Origin: Candidatus Nomurabacteria bacterium RIFCSPHIGHO2_02_FULL_42_19
GTDB lineage: Bacteria > Patescibacteriota > Minisyncoccia > Phycocordibacterales > UBA9973
Length of the DNA stretch: 64,000 nt
Direction: 5' to 3'
Assembly (NCBI GenBank): GCA_001785615.1
Contig: MFUG01000016.1
Location: 13,752 to 77,751 of the forward strand
A program made the translations under genes and the position numbers. The stretch's first letter is position 1; each line of letters opens with the position of its first letter. Below are positions 20,043-28,764 of this stretch, in pieces. The notes under the pieces were generated by a model. That model was not told where the DNA came from, did not search any database, and saw only the letters and a program-made list of their open reading frames with translations.

Positions 20043-20630
20043 TTAAAAATTTAACGCCTTTATTATATCTTTATGCACGTCCTCTACCGTCTGTTCCCCA
20101 TTGATAGTAAAAATTTGATATCCTGGTTTATTTTTAAAATAATTCATAGCTGGAATCACATTATTTTTATATTCCTCAAACCTCTTAGCCAAGCCCTCGG
20201 GGGTATCATCGTGTCGGCCACGCGCTAAAGTGCGTTTCATCGCCTTTTCTTCCGATAACTCAATAAAAATTATTTTTATATCATCATGCTGATAAAATTT
20301 CATCATGGCTTCGAACACTTTTGACTGCTCAACGGTCCTCGGGTAGCCATCTACGATTAGGTGTTTTTCCGGGGAGATTTTAGAACTTAAGAGATCAGCC
20401 ACAATGGCGTTGGCAAAAAAGTCATCCACCAACCCCCCGCGGTGCATTTTCTCATGCAGAAGTTTGCCGGCATAGCTTCCGGACTCAAGAATCGTTCGAA
20501 ATCCTTCCCCGGTACCCGCATAGACGCACTCCCTGCCGTCTTTCTTTGAAAGGTATTCTCTTAGAAGCTTTACCTGGGTCCCCTTCCCGGATCCCACTGT
20601 TCCGAAAAATACAAATGTCTTGCCGTGCAT
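20043..20630 (-). CDS. adk: Adenylate kinase (short LID)
   Basis: GTVGSGKGTQ, VDGYPRTVEQ, RGRHDD; near secY and map. Confidence 0.88.
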   Translation of the reverse strand: MHGKTFVFFGTVGSGKGTQVKLLREYLSKKDGRECVYAGTGEGFRTILESGSYAGKLLHEKMHRGGLVDDFFANAIVADLLSSKISPEKHLIVDGYPRTVEQSKVFEAMMKFYQHDDIKIIFIELSEEKAMKRTLARGRHDDTPEGLAKRFEEYKNNVIPAMNYFKNKPGYQIFTINGEQTVEDVHKDIIKALNF

Positions 20631-20690
20631 ATGCCTAAGAATAGCGAATTTGTGATATAAAATCAAATATGTTTTAATTAAGATAAGTTA

Positions 20691-21257
20691 ATGAAAAAAC
20701 AAATCATAACCATAAGCGGGATCCCTGGTAGCGGTAAATCTAGCACCTCTGATTTAGTGGCCAAGAAACTTGGCTTCAAACGATTTTCTTCAGGAGATTT
20801 TTTTAGAGAAATCGGGTTGGAATTAGAAATTTCTATTAATGATGTTTCTAAAAGAGCTGAAATTGACCCAACGATAGACCAAAGAACAGATGCTGAAATA
20901 AAAAAGCTGGGTGGTTCTGAAAAAATTGTTATCGATTCTCGCTTGGCATTTCATTGGATACCGGAATCATTTAAGGTGTATTTGGACCTACCGCCAGAAG
21001 TGGCCAAAGGAAGAATTTTGAATAACTTAAAAGAAAATCCTTTACGCAAAGAAAGTGAAAATGCAGAAACACACGAGGAGGTTTATGAGAAAATAATCCA
21101 TCGCCTAGAAAGCGAAAAAAAGAGATACAAAGAGCTGTACGGGGTAGACCATACTAAAAAAGAAAACTTCAATTTGGTGATAGACACAAACAAAAATAAC
21201 CTGGAGCAGGTTGCGGACATCATCGTGTCAGAATATAAAAAGTGGCTAACTAAATAA
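20691..21257 (+). CDS. cmk: Cytidylate kinase, archaeal-like family
   Basis: ITISGIPGSGKSS, SSGDFFRE, DSRLA, KRYKELYGVD. Confidence 0.82.
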   Translation: MKKQIITISGIPGSGKSSTSDLVAKKLGFKRFSSGDFFREIGLELEISINDVSKRAEIDPTIDQRTDAEIKKLGGSEKIVIDSRLAFHWIPESFKVYLDLPPEVAKGRILNNLKENPLRKESENAETHEEVYEKIIHRLESEKKRYKELYGVDHTKKENFNLVIDTNKNNLEQVADIIVSEYKKWLTK

Positions 21258-21277
21258 AGTAGCTTTTTTGAAATTCA

Positions 21278-21311
21278 TACGTGAATTCTAGCATATGCTA
21301 GAATTCACGTA
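21278..21311. repeat. Perfect 34-bp palindrome; partial copy at 21883-21915
   Basis: TACGTGAATTCTAGCAT|ATGCTAGAATTCACGTA. Confidence 0.9.
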
Positions 21312-21351
21312 GATACTTTTATCATTGAGTATGTAAATCTAGTGAGTAGTT

Positions 21352-21882
21352 TTAGAGACCAAAATGATCTTTTAGCTTTTTATCATCCAAAACTTTGCTT
21401 ACTTCTAAAATCTCAATGTGTTTTCGTACGCCGAAAAAGTCTGCCACAAAGAGCATCTCCCCTTCACAAGGATATGGGTATACCCAGGTGCTTTTTTGAA
21501 ATTGCATAAATCCTAAGTCCTTTAATTTCCACCTGAAGGCCTCTCGCGCTTTTTTAAATCTGATGGGCAGATCATACATCACGATACGCCATTTGCCATC
21601 CCATTTACTCTGCTCTTTTATCACAATTTCATCAATAAATATCTTGCGCAGTTTATTTTCTCCTTTTTCTGTAAGAGTATAAAAATCCTTTTGTTCTCTT
21701 TTCACACGTCTCACAAATTTATAACGCCTGAGACCACCCAAAACTCTCTGCGCTTCTTTATCGCGATATGACAATTTCTCTCCAAGAGCGATAGCGCACA
21801 AGAAACTATGCGCGAGATTCAATCCTTCCCCGCCAGCGCTAAATACTTTCTTAAGCTTAATCAAATGTTCCCGTTTAACCAT
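21352..21882 (-). CDS. PaaX-like regulator (wHTH plus Cas2-like domain)
   Basis: YTLTEKG, WDGKWRIVMYDLP, REAFRWKLKDLGFMQFQKSTWVYPY. Confidence 0.85.
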   Translation of the reverse strand: MVKREHLIKLKKVFSAGGEGLNLAHSFLCAIALGEKLSYRDKEAQRVLGGLRRYKFVRRVKREQKDFYTLTEKGENKLRKIFIDEIVIKEQSKWDGKWRIVMYDLPIRFKKAREAFRWKLKDLGFMQFQKSTWVYPYPCEGEMLFVADFFGVRKHIEILEVSKVLDDKKLKDHFGL

Positions 21883-21977
21883 ATACGTGAATTCTAGCAT
21901 ATGCTAATTCTCACGACAAGGGTGATTAGGCGGGTTGCGGACATCATCGTGTCAGAATATAAAAAGTGGCTAGAAAA

Positions 21978-23249
21978 TTAATACTCCCGCATAGAGACCT
22001 GAGCATCTATTTTTTTGATCAGGTCTAGAACTACGGAGACGACGATGAGAAGCGCGGTGCCACCGAGCGCGATAGCGGTGATGCCGGTAACCGCGCGCAT
22101 GATGAGCGGCAGAATGGCAATGAGGCCCAAGAAAACCGCTCCGAGCATAGTGATGCGGCCCAGGACTTTGGAAATATAATCGGAAGTTGAAGCCCCCGGG
22201 CGAGTGCCTGGAATAAAGGCGCCGTTTTTCTGTAAATTTGTGGAAAGCGCTTCCGGATCAAAAGTTACGGCGGTGTAGAAATAAGTAAAGAGAAAAACCA
22301 AAATAAAATAGAGCACCGCATAGAGCACAGAGGTCTGCGAGAATGAGACCAAAACGCTGGAAATCTTGACGATAATGGGATTACTAAATTTGGCCAAAAA
22401 AGTACCAATCATCTGCGGAAAAAGCAGAATAGAAAGGGCGAAGATTATCGGGATAACTCCGGCTTGATTTACCCGCAGTGGTAAATAGGTAGAGCCACCA
22501 CCATAGATCTTAAGCCCCCTCACCCGTTTGGCATAGGTAACCGGGATAGGGCGTTCTGCTTCAGTGACGATGACTACTCCGGCGATAACGACAGCGCCCA
22601 CGGCAATGAACAAGAGCAATAAAGGAACCTGGGAAGCGTCAAAAGCAAATATAAGCTGCCCAACTTCCGCTGGAATCCCGGCGACAATACCAGCAAAAAT
22701 TATAAGGGAAACGCCGTTGCCGATACCAAACTCGGACATCAGCTCGCCAATCCACATCAGGAATATAGCCCCGGCCACGACGATAATTAAATTAGTAACT
22801 CTGTCAAAAGCGGTCAAATTCACTAAAATACTCTGGCTTTCCAAAAGAGCTAAAAGAGAAAATCCCTGAATCGCGGCCAAGGGCACTGTCAGGAGCCGGG
22901 AATATTGGGTAAATCTCTTTCGGCCGGCCTCGCCCTCTTCGTGATAAATCTTCTTTAGCGCTGGAACCATAATAGTTAAAAGCTGCATGATGATGGAGCT
23001 GGTGATGTAGGGACCGACCCCGAGCATGATGATGGAAAGATTGGAAAGTCCGCCACCGGAAAAAATATTCAAAATGCCGAAAAATTGGTTGTTGGAGAGA
23101 AATCGGTTTAAGGCAAGAGTGTCAATACCTGGGATAGGAATAGCGGCCAGCAAACGAAAAACGGCTAATGCCAAAAGGACGAAAAGGACCCTTCTGCGCA
23201 AGGTATTGTCAGTCCAGACCAATTTAACTTTATTCCAAAAATTTTGCAT
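21978..23249 (-). CDS. secY: Preprotein translocase SecY
   Basis: LGVGPYITSSII, GIGNGVSLIIF, FIPGTRPG, GGTALLIVV. Confidence 0.98.
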   Translation of the reverse strand: MQNFWNKVKLVWTDNTLRRRVLFVLLALAVFRLLAAIPIPGIDTLALNRFLSNNQFFGILNIFSGGGLSNLSIIMLGVGPYITSSIIMQLLTIMVPALKKIYHEEGEAGRKRFTQYSRLLTVPLAAIQGFSLLALLESQSILVNLTAFDRVTNLIIVVAGAIFLMWIGELMSEFGIGNGVSLIIFAGIVAGIPAEVGQLIFAFDASQVPLLLLFIAVGAVVIAGVVIVTEAERPIPVTYAKRVRGLKIYGGGSTYLPLRVNQAGVIPIIFALSILLFPQMIGTFLAKFSNPIIVKISSVLVSFSQTSVLYAVLYFILVFLFTYFYTAVTFDPEALSTNLQKNGAFIPGTRPGASTSDYISKVLGRITMLGAVFLGLIAILPLIMRAVTGITAIALGGTALLIVVSVVLDLIKKIDAQVSMREY

Positions 23250-23252
23250 CTT

Positions 23253-23567
23253 TTATTTTATTTTGATTTTTTTCCCTTTAATACCCAAGCGCTTCCGGAT
23301 GGCAGAAAACTTTTCCCGCTTGCCATCTTTCTCGGCAACAAGTTTATCTTTACGGATGACCAGAGGTCGGTCTATTGACTTGAAACTATACCCGCGGTTT
23401 TTCGGCAACTTCTTTATAATATCACGAAGTTCCGGGCGACGCTTGTTGCCGGCGCGAGCCGTCTGCCCTTTGCCGCCGCGGCCGGAGGTCTTGGCATGCT
23501 TGCCGCCGCGACCCACAGTACGGTCCTTTTTATTTTTATGTTGTCTTTTTAAGTTATTTATCTGCAT
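23253..23567 (-). CDS. rplO: 50S ribosomal protein uL15 (short)
   Basis: VGRGGKHAKTSGRGGKGQTARAG. Confidence 0.93.
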   Translation of the reverse strand: MQINNLKRQHKNKKDRTVGRGGKHAKTSGRGGKGQTARAGNKRRPELRDIIKKLPKNRGYSFKSIDRPLVIRKDKLVAEKDGKREKFSAIRKRLGIKGKKIKIK

Positions 23568-23574
23568 AAATTAT

Positions 23575-24147
23575 TTAACTTTTAACTTCTTTTTCTGCGT
23601 CCGCGATTTCGTTCTGGATTGGTTTGGAATATTTGGTGGAAAAAACAGAAAGAGCCGACATCACTGCTTTCGCATTATTTAATTTATTTTTGGTGCCGGA
23701 CAAAATTTTCCCCGTAACATCTTTAAGGCCGGCTAACTTCACAATGTCCCGAACGACTGACCCGGCTACCAATCCGCGACCGCGGTTCGGCATCAATACC
23801 ACCAACGCACTGCCAAATTTAGCTTTTACTTCATAGGGAATAGAAGTGTTCTTGGTAAGTTTTAGGCGAACCATATTTTTCTTGGCATTGCGAAGCGCTT
23901 TGTTGATGGCGAGCGATGTGTCCCCCGCTTTGCCAAGGCCCAGTCCAATAGAGCCCTTTTTGTCTCCGGCCACCAGAGCCACGCTGAAAGAAAATCGGCG
24001 CCCGCCAGCCACCACGCGGGTTACTCGACGAATACTTAAAATTTTCTGGTCAAATTCCGGCTTCGGTCGATTGAAAGATGACCCTCTCCGGCCGCTACTC
24101 CTTTTTTCTCGGATGCCTGTATTTTCTTTTACGTTTTTCTTTTCCAT
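23575..24147 (-). CDS. rpsE: 30S ribosomal protein uS5
   Basis: RRVTRVVAGGRRFSFS. Confidence 0.96.
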   Translation of the reverse strand: MEKKNVKENTGIREKRSSGRRGSSFNRPKPEFDQKILSIRRVTRVVAGGRRFSFSVALVAGDKKGSIGLGLGKAGDTSLAINKALRNAKKNMVRLKLTKNTSIPYEVKAKFGSALVVLMPNRGRGLVAGSVVRDIVKLAGLKDVTGKILSGTKNKLNNAKAVMSALSVFSTKYSKPIQNEIADAEKEVKS

Positions 24148-24163
24148 ATTTTTTTTATGCTAA

Positions 24164-24505
24164 TTAGAATTTCAGCCCAGCAGCCCGGGCCTCATCGGCT
24201 ACTAATTTTATACGCCCGGTATATTTGAAACCATTCCGGTCAAAGACCACTTTGTCTATTTTGGCGGTCCTGCACACCCCGGCTATCATCTTACCCACTT
24301 CTTTAGCTCGTTCAAGCTTGGTACCTTTTTTTATTTTTAGATCGCTTGCTTCCGCTAGGGTTTTCATTTTCATATCGTCAATTACCTGCGCGTAAATGAA
24401 TTTGTTGGAACGAAAAACAGAAAGACGTGGCCGCTCTTTAGTGCCGACGATCTTGGCTCGGATCTTCGCCTTTAGTCGTATTCTTTTGTCAGTTTTGTTT
24501 TGCAT
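24164..24505 (-). CDS. rplR: 50S ribosomal protein uL18
   Basis: RPRLSVFRSNKFIYAQVIDD, VVFDRNG. Confidence 0.97.
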   Translation of the reverse strand: MQNKTDKRIRLKAKIRAKIVGTKERPRLSVFRSNKFIYAQVIDDMKMKTLAEASDLKIKKGTKLERAKEVGKMIAGVCRTAKIDKVVFDRNGFKYTGRIKLVADEARAAGLKF

Positions 24506-24509
24506 AAAT

Positions 24510-24592
24510 AAATATACGAATATGCGAATTATACTAATCTGCGAATTATTCGAATGTATTTGTAAATTTGTATCATTTGTATATTCGTATGT
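24510..24592. repeat. ~8-nt-period ACGAAT/ATTCGT repeat hairpin between rplF and rplR
   Basis: TACGAATA TGCGAATT ATACTAAT CTGCGAAT ... ATTTGTA ATTTGTA ATTCGTA. Confidence 0.65.
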
Positions 24593-24596
24593 TAAT

Positions 24597-25130
24597 CTAG
24601 GCGGTTTTCTTGCCTTGCTTGCGCCTGATTACTTCACCCTCATAACGCATGCCCTTGCCTTTATATGGCTCTGGCTTCTTTAGGGCTCGAATAGAGGCCG
24701 AAAAACTTCCTACCAATTCTTTATCCGCGCCGGTTATCGTAATATTGTTTTTATCAGCCGTGGCAGTGATTGTATCCGGAATTTTTACCACTACTGGATG
24801 GGAAAATCCTAAAGCGAAATGGAACTCTTTGCCTTTGATTTCCGACTTGAATCCGACTCCTTCCAATATCAATTTCTTTGAGTATGGTTTTTCTACGCCT
24901 TCAATCATGTTCTTGATGTGTGAAGCATAAGTGCCCCAGAGTGACTTTGAAAATTTGTCGTTTCGCTTGGGTAGGAGAGTAATTATTTTGTCAGTTATGG
25001 TGATAACGATGTCGTCTCTGAAATTTTTCGTCAGTGTTCCCTTTGGCCCGACAACAGTAAAGACCCCGCTTACCTGGCTTACTTTCACTCCCGGGGTTAT
25101 TTGTATTTCTTGTTTTCCAATTTTAGACAT
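24597..25130 (-). CDS. rplF: 50S ribosomal protein uL6
   Basis: MSKIGK, LGFSHP, PEPYKGKG. Confidence 0.97.
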   Translation of the reverse strand: MSKIGKQEIQITPGVKVSQVSGVFTVVGPKGTLTKNFRDDIVITITDKIITLLPKRNDKFSKSLWGTYASHIKNMIEGVEKPYSKKLILEGVGFKSEIKGKEFHFALGFSHPVVVKIPDTITATADKNNITITGADKELVGSFSASIRALKKPEPYKGKGMRYEGEVIRRKQGKKTA

Positions 25131-25134
25131 AAAA

Positions 25135-25213
25135 GATACGAATATACTAATTTACTAATGATACGAATTATTCGAATATATTTGTAGATTTGTATACATT
25201 CGCATACTGGTAT
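25135..25213. repeat. Second ACGAAT/ATTCGT repeat hairpin between rpsH and rplF
   Basis: ATACGAATATACTAAT...GATACGAATTATTCGAAT...ATTTGTA...ATTCGCAT; similar to 24510-24592. Confidence 0.65.
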
Positions 25214-25600
25214 CTACCATAATTTGAATAATGCTTCCCCTCCGACCTGTTCACGCCTGGCATCCTTGCCTGATAAAATTCCCTTGGGTGTGGAAAGTAT
25301 CAGAAGCCCGGTTCCATTTTTAACTTTGTGAATGTCCTTCACGCCAAAATAAACGCGCCTGGATTGCTTAGAAATTCTTTCCGCTTCCGTAATTTTCGGC
25401 TTTTTATCAACATAAACCAGCCCTACTTCCAGCAACGGCTGGCCTTTTTTAACTTTTTTGGAAATTTCCGACACATAGCCCTCCTTTTTCAGACATTCTA
25501 AAATAGCATTTTTTAATTTGGAATGCGGAACGGCAATAGTGGCCTTGCCTACTAGACCCGCATTCTTCATCATTATTATCATGTTGGCTATTGAATCCAC
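25214..25600 (-). CDS. rpsH: 30S ribosomal protein uS8
   Basis: DSIANM, ISKQSRRVY, STPKG, GGE. Confidence 0.96.
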   Translation of the reverse strand: MDSIANMIIMMKNAGLVGKATIAVPHSKLKNAILECLKKEGYVSEISKKVKKGQPLLEVGLVYVDKKPKITEAERISKQSRRVYFGVKDIHKVKNGTGLLILSTPKGILSGKDARREQVGGEALFKLW

Positions 25601-25630
25601 TTTTTTAATTCATAATTCTTAATTTTTAAT

Positions 25631-25816
25631 TTACCATGAAGATTTCCTGACTCCCGGCAACATTCCTTCATTGGCTAGTTCGCGAAAGCAAATACGGCAA
25701 ATGCCAAAGTCCCGCATGAAGCCATTGCCCCGACCACAGCGAAAACATCGGTTTTTCTGCCGAGTGCTAAACTTCGGTTTCTTTTTGCTTCTGGCGACGA
25801 CTGATGTTTTAGCCAT
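25631..25816 (-). CDS. rpsN: 30S ribosomal protein uS14, zinc-binding type
   Basis: RCFRCGR...CRICFRELA...KSSW. Confidence 0.97.
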   Translation of the reverse strand: MAKTSVVARSKKKPKFSTRQKNRCFRCGRGNGFMRDFGICRICFRELANEGMLPGVRKSSW

Positions 25817-26028
25817 AAATTAAGGAATGTTAATGACTATAGTTTATGAGCATCCCGCCATGGCGGGGAGCCATAAATAATGAGGGAATCTTGCCCCGCC
25901 TGAAATAGGCGGGTGAACTTCAGTAATATCGCATTTCTTTTCTTATTCCCTCAATCACTTGAAAAAACAAGGAGAAAAATGGATTAACCAAAACATTATT
26001 CCCTTAGCTAGATACTAGCAAAAAGTAG

Positions 26029-26223
26029 CTAAATAGTCAATTTTTTCTTCTTCTTTGTCTTCGCGTCAATTATCATAAACCCTCGCGGAATGCGCTTCAC
26101 TATTACCCTTTGCTTTTCTCGCCAGCCGATTTGTCGAATCATGGCAATGGGAATTATCACCGAAAAGGACTTCGATCTCCCGACTCTGGTTATTTTCCTA
26201 ATTGAATTTATTGGTCTGGCCAT
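26029..26223 (-). CDS. AbrB/MazE/SpoVT-like DNA-binding protein
   Basis: RKITRVGRSKSFSVIIPIAMIRQIGWREKQRV. Confidence 0.7.
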   Translation of the reverse strand: MARPINSIRKITRVGRSKSFSVIIPIAMIRQIGWREKQRVIVKRIPRGFMIIDAKTKKKKKLTI

Positions 26224-26253
26224 AACTCATGAGTTAACTCAGTAATTAAATAA

Positions 26254-26655
26254 TTATGCTTTTACTGGCTTTAGTTCTATTTCTTCCTTCTTTAGATTAA
26301 ATTGTACTACAAAATTATCGAAAAATCCCTTCTGACCTACAATCCCATAAGGCATCCTTTTCCCTGAAATGTCTGGCATAAAACCTGCTTCAATTTTATG
26401 AGCCCACCCTCCAACTTCAATCTCTACCTCGTGGAGATAATACAAAGAAGCTTTACCTCCAACACCAAACACCTCACGTGGTTTACCCTTAGGGATATCA
26501 AGACCAAGCGCTTCTCCAGCTTCCGAATGGAAAATACAAATATCAGCCCCAGAATCTACTAGCACTTCATAACGCAAAGATTGAGAATTTAATTTTAATT
26601 TAATTTCTATAACCGGCCTAAGTGTTGAACCGTATTTCTTATAACTGAATTTTAT
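26254..26655 (-). CDS. Retropepsin-like (clan AA) aspartyl protease; probable start codon reads ATA
   Basis: LVDSGAD catalytic motif, GIVGQKGFF; frame open upstream to (I)KFSYKK..RPVIEI. Confidence 0.78.
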   Translation of the reverse strand: MKFSYKKYGSTLRPVIEIKLKLNSQSLRYEVLVDSGADICIFHSEAGEALGLDIPKGKPREVFGVGGKASLYYLHEVEIEVGGWAHKIEAGFMPDISGKRMPYGIVGQKGFFDNFVVQFNLKKEEIELKPVKA

Positions 26656-26846
26656 ATGCTCCCGACATACGTATCTAGGGTTTCTGGCATTCGGCTAAAA
26701 ATAGGAGATTGGTACCCTTTTTCTTGTGCTTGATGTTTGGCTTCTTTAAGGGTTTTGCCACTTCCAACAACAGTTTCTTCGTCGTCTGCGAGAGCAACCC
26801 AAAGACCCTTATATTTATTGAATATTTTTGTCCAATCTTTTACCAT
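26652..26846 (-). CDS. DUF5678-like small protein
   Basis: KYKGLWVAL...VVGSGKTLKEA..AQEKG..P. Confidence 0.75.
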   Translation of the reverse strand: MVKDWTKIFNKYKGLWVALADDEETVVGSGKTLKEAKHQAQEKGYQSPIFSRMPETLDTYVGSI

Positions 26847-26903
26847 ATCTTAATTATATCAAATTAGGAGGTAATAACAATAACTCATGAGTTAACTCAG
26901 TAA

Positions 26904-27542
26904 TTACTCCGCGGCTGGGGCGGTAAGGGGAACTTCTGCCTTTGGTTTGCGCTTGCGGGCTTTTTTTGCTTTCTGCTCTATGGTTGCTTGTTCTTCCTGT
27001 TTCTTGAAAGGAACACCCAGGAGCTCAAAGAAGGAGTGGCCTTCTTTTTTATTCTTAGCGGTAGAAACAAGAGTGATAGATAGGCCGAAAACGTCTTTAA
27101 TGTCTTCATCGGCTGTTTCCGGGAAAATAGTATGCTCTTTAATGCCGAGGGTAAGGTTGCCTACATTATCCACCGCGCTCGGCGGAATACCGCGGAAGTC
27201 CTTGGTGCGAGGGATAGCAATATTTATTAATTTCTCAAGAAAGGCGTACATCCTTTTCTCGCGGAGAGTCACTACTACCCCGATAGGGTCGCCCTGGCGG
27301 ACCTTGAAGGAGGCGATGGACTTCTTGGCGCCACGGAGAGCCGCTTTCTGTCCGGTTATTTTCGCCAAGCGGTCTGCGATCGTTTCATTTTTATTTTTAT
27401 CTTTTTTTACCGCAGTACCGGTACCGACATTCAGCACCATTTTCACCATTCTAGGCGCGGCCATGGCGTTTTTATAATGAAAAACATCTTTCATCTTCTC
27501 AAACACGCTTGTTTCTTTTTCTTTTACGGTCAAAAGTTTCAT
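26904..27542 (-). CDS. rplE: 50S ribosomal protein uL5
   Basis: ITGQK, KSIASFKVRQG, PRTKDFRG, IFPE. Confidence 0.97.
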   Translation of the reverse strand: MKLLTVKEKETSVFEKMKDVFHYKNAMAAPRMVKMVLNVGTGTAVKKDKNKNETIADRLAKITGQKAALRGAKKSIASFKVRQGDPIGVVVTLREKRMYAFLEKLINIAIPRTKDFRGIPPSAVDNVGNLTLGIKEHTIFPETADEDIKDVFGLSITLVSTAKNKKEGHSFFELLGVPFKKQEEQATIEQKAKKARKRKPKAEVPLTAPAAE

Positions 27543-27544
27543 AT

Positions 27545-27763
27545 TTAATTTATCTTTTTAACATTTGATACATGAATCGGCATGGCGATATTTAGCATTT
27601 GCCCTTTTTCGTTGGTCTTTCTGGCTCGCTGGTGTTTCTTAGACATATTCAATCCCTCCACGATTACCTTATCCGCCCTGACCAAAACGCGAACAACTTT
27701 CCCTTTTTTGCCTTTATCTTTACCGGCTATCGCTATTACATTGTCTCCTTTTTTTATTTTCAT
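27545..27763 (-). CDS. rplX: 50S ribosomal protein uL24
   Basis: [24 protein letters not shown]. Confidence 0.96.
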   Translation of the reverse strand: MKIKKGDNVIAIAGKDKGKKGKVVRVLVRADKVIVEGLNMSKKHQRARKTNEKGQMLNIAMPIHVSNVKKIN

Positions 27764-27769
27764 AGGTAT

Positions 27770-28141
27770 TTAAATCACTTCGGGCGCCAGGGAAATTATC
27801 TTTTGAAAACCTTTTTCCGCAAGCTCCCTTGGCATTGGCCCGAACACTCGCCCCGCTTTCGGATCAAGCTTCCCCTTTTCCAGTATCACCACGGCGTTAT
27901 CATCAAATCGGATATATGATCCGTCGGCTCTGCGGTAAGCATTCATGGTTCGCACTACTACCGCTTCATGCACGTCTTTCTTTTTCACCATTTTTCGCGG
28001 GGAAGCTACTTTCACGGAAATAACCACTAAATCGCCGATGGTGGCGTATCTTTTTTTGGAAGACCCCAATACCTTGAACACCGCTCCGATGGTGCCTCCG
28101 GCATTATCTGTTATTTTTACTAAACTTCGTGGTTGAATCAT
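27770..28141 (-). CDS. rplN: 50S ribosomal protein uL14
   Basis: MIQ, IRFDDNA, RVFGP, IISLAPEV. Confidence 0.97.
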   Translation of the reverse strand: MIQPRSLVKITDNAGGTIGAVFKVLGSSKKRYATIGDLVVISVKVASPRKMVKKKDVHEAVVVRTMNAYRRADGSYIRFDDNAVVILEKGKLDPKAGRVFGPMPRELAEKGFQKIISLAPEVI

Positions 28142-28142
28142 A

Positions 28143-28288
28143 TGGCTGATTTTTAAGGAATGAAATGACTATAAAAATCGTCATCCCGCTCCACTTTTAA
28201 TACTTAATTTGATATTAACTTAAAGTCTATTGTTTGTAAAATTTCCACTGGGTTATAAATATTAATGTTAAAAGTGGGGCGGGATTCT
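28143..28288. repeat. Intergenic hairpin element family A, copy 1 (rpsQ-rplN)
   Basis: Arms ATCCCGCTCCACTTTTAA / TTAAAAGTGGGGCGGGAT plus adjoining GATTTTTA..TAAAAATC hairpin. Confidence 0.8.
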
Positions 28289-28312
28289 CGTAATTTATAC
28301 TCACTTTGTTCG

Positions 28313-28552
28313 TTAAATTACTGTAAATCTTTTATCTTTGGAAATCGGACGCGTTTCAACTATTTCTACCTGGTCCCCTGTTTTATATTTGTTATGTTCG
28401 TCGTGCGCTTTATATTTCTTGTTAATTTTATAAAATTTTCCATAAAGCGGATGCTTCACGAAGCGCGAAACTGAAACGATAACGGTTTTATCCATTTTGT
28501 CACCCACTACTACACCTTTCAAAACATTTCCTTTATTTTCTTCCTTTTTCAT
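28313..28552 (-). CDS. rpsQ: 30S ribosomal protein uS17
   Basis: [23 protein letters not shown]. Confidence 0.97.
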   Translation of the reverse strand: MKKEENKGNVLKGVVVGDKMDKTVIVSVSRFVKHPLYGKFYKINKKYKAHDEHNKYKTGDQVEIVETRPISKDKRFTVI

Positions 28553-28553
28553 A

Positions 28554-28748
28554 TTATTTAACTACATTCATTTCCGTTAAAACTCTGGCTACTTGTTTTC
28601 GCAGCGCTACTGATTCTTTGACATTTTTTGATTTTGCACCTTCGGCTTTGAATTTGATAACTCTAAGCCCCTCCCGGAGAAATACTAATTTTTTCTCCAG
28701 TTCCTCCTTGCCCATTTCTTTTAAGTTTTCTTTTTTTGATTTGGCCAT
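28554..28748 (-). CDS. rpmC: 50S ribosomal protein uL29
   Basis: Start reassigned to MAKSKK; RKQVARVLT; synteny. Confidence 0.9.
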   Translation of the reverse strand: MAKSKKENLKEMGKEELEKKLVFLREGLRVIKFKAEGAKSKNVKESVALRKQVARVLTEMNVVK

Positions 28749-28764
28749 TTTATTATTTACTGTA

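Larger units (their letters stand above)
21209..21972. mobile_element. Integrase-less insertion bounded by 40-bp direct repeats, carrying a PaaX/Cas2-like gene
   Basis: GGTTGCGGACATCATCGTGTCAGAATATAAAAAGTGGCTA at 21209-21248 and 21933-21972. Confidence 0.7.
26222..26906. mobile_element. Two-gene insertion bounded by 27-bp direct repeats
   Basis: ATAACTCATGAGTTAACTCAGTAATTA at 26222-26248 and 26880-26906. Confidence 0.65.
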
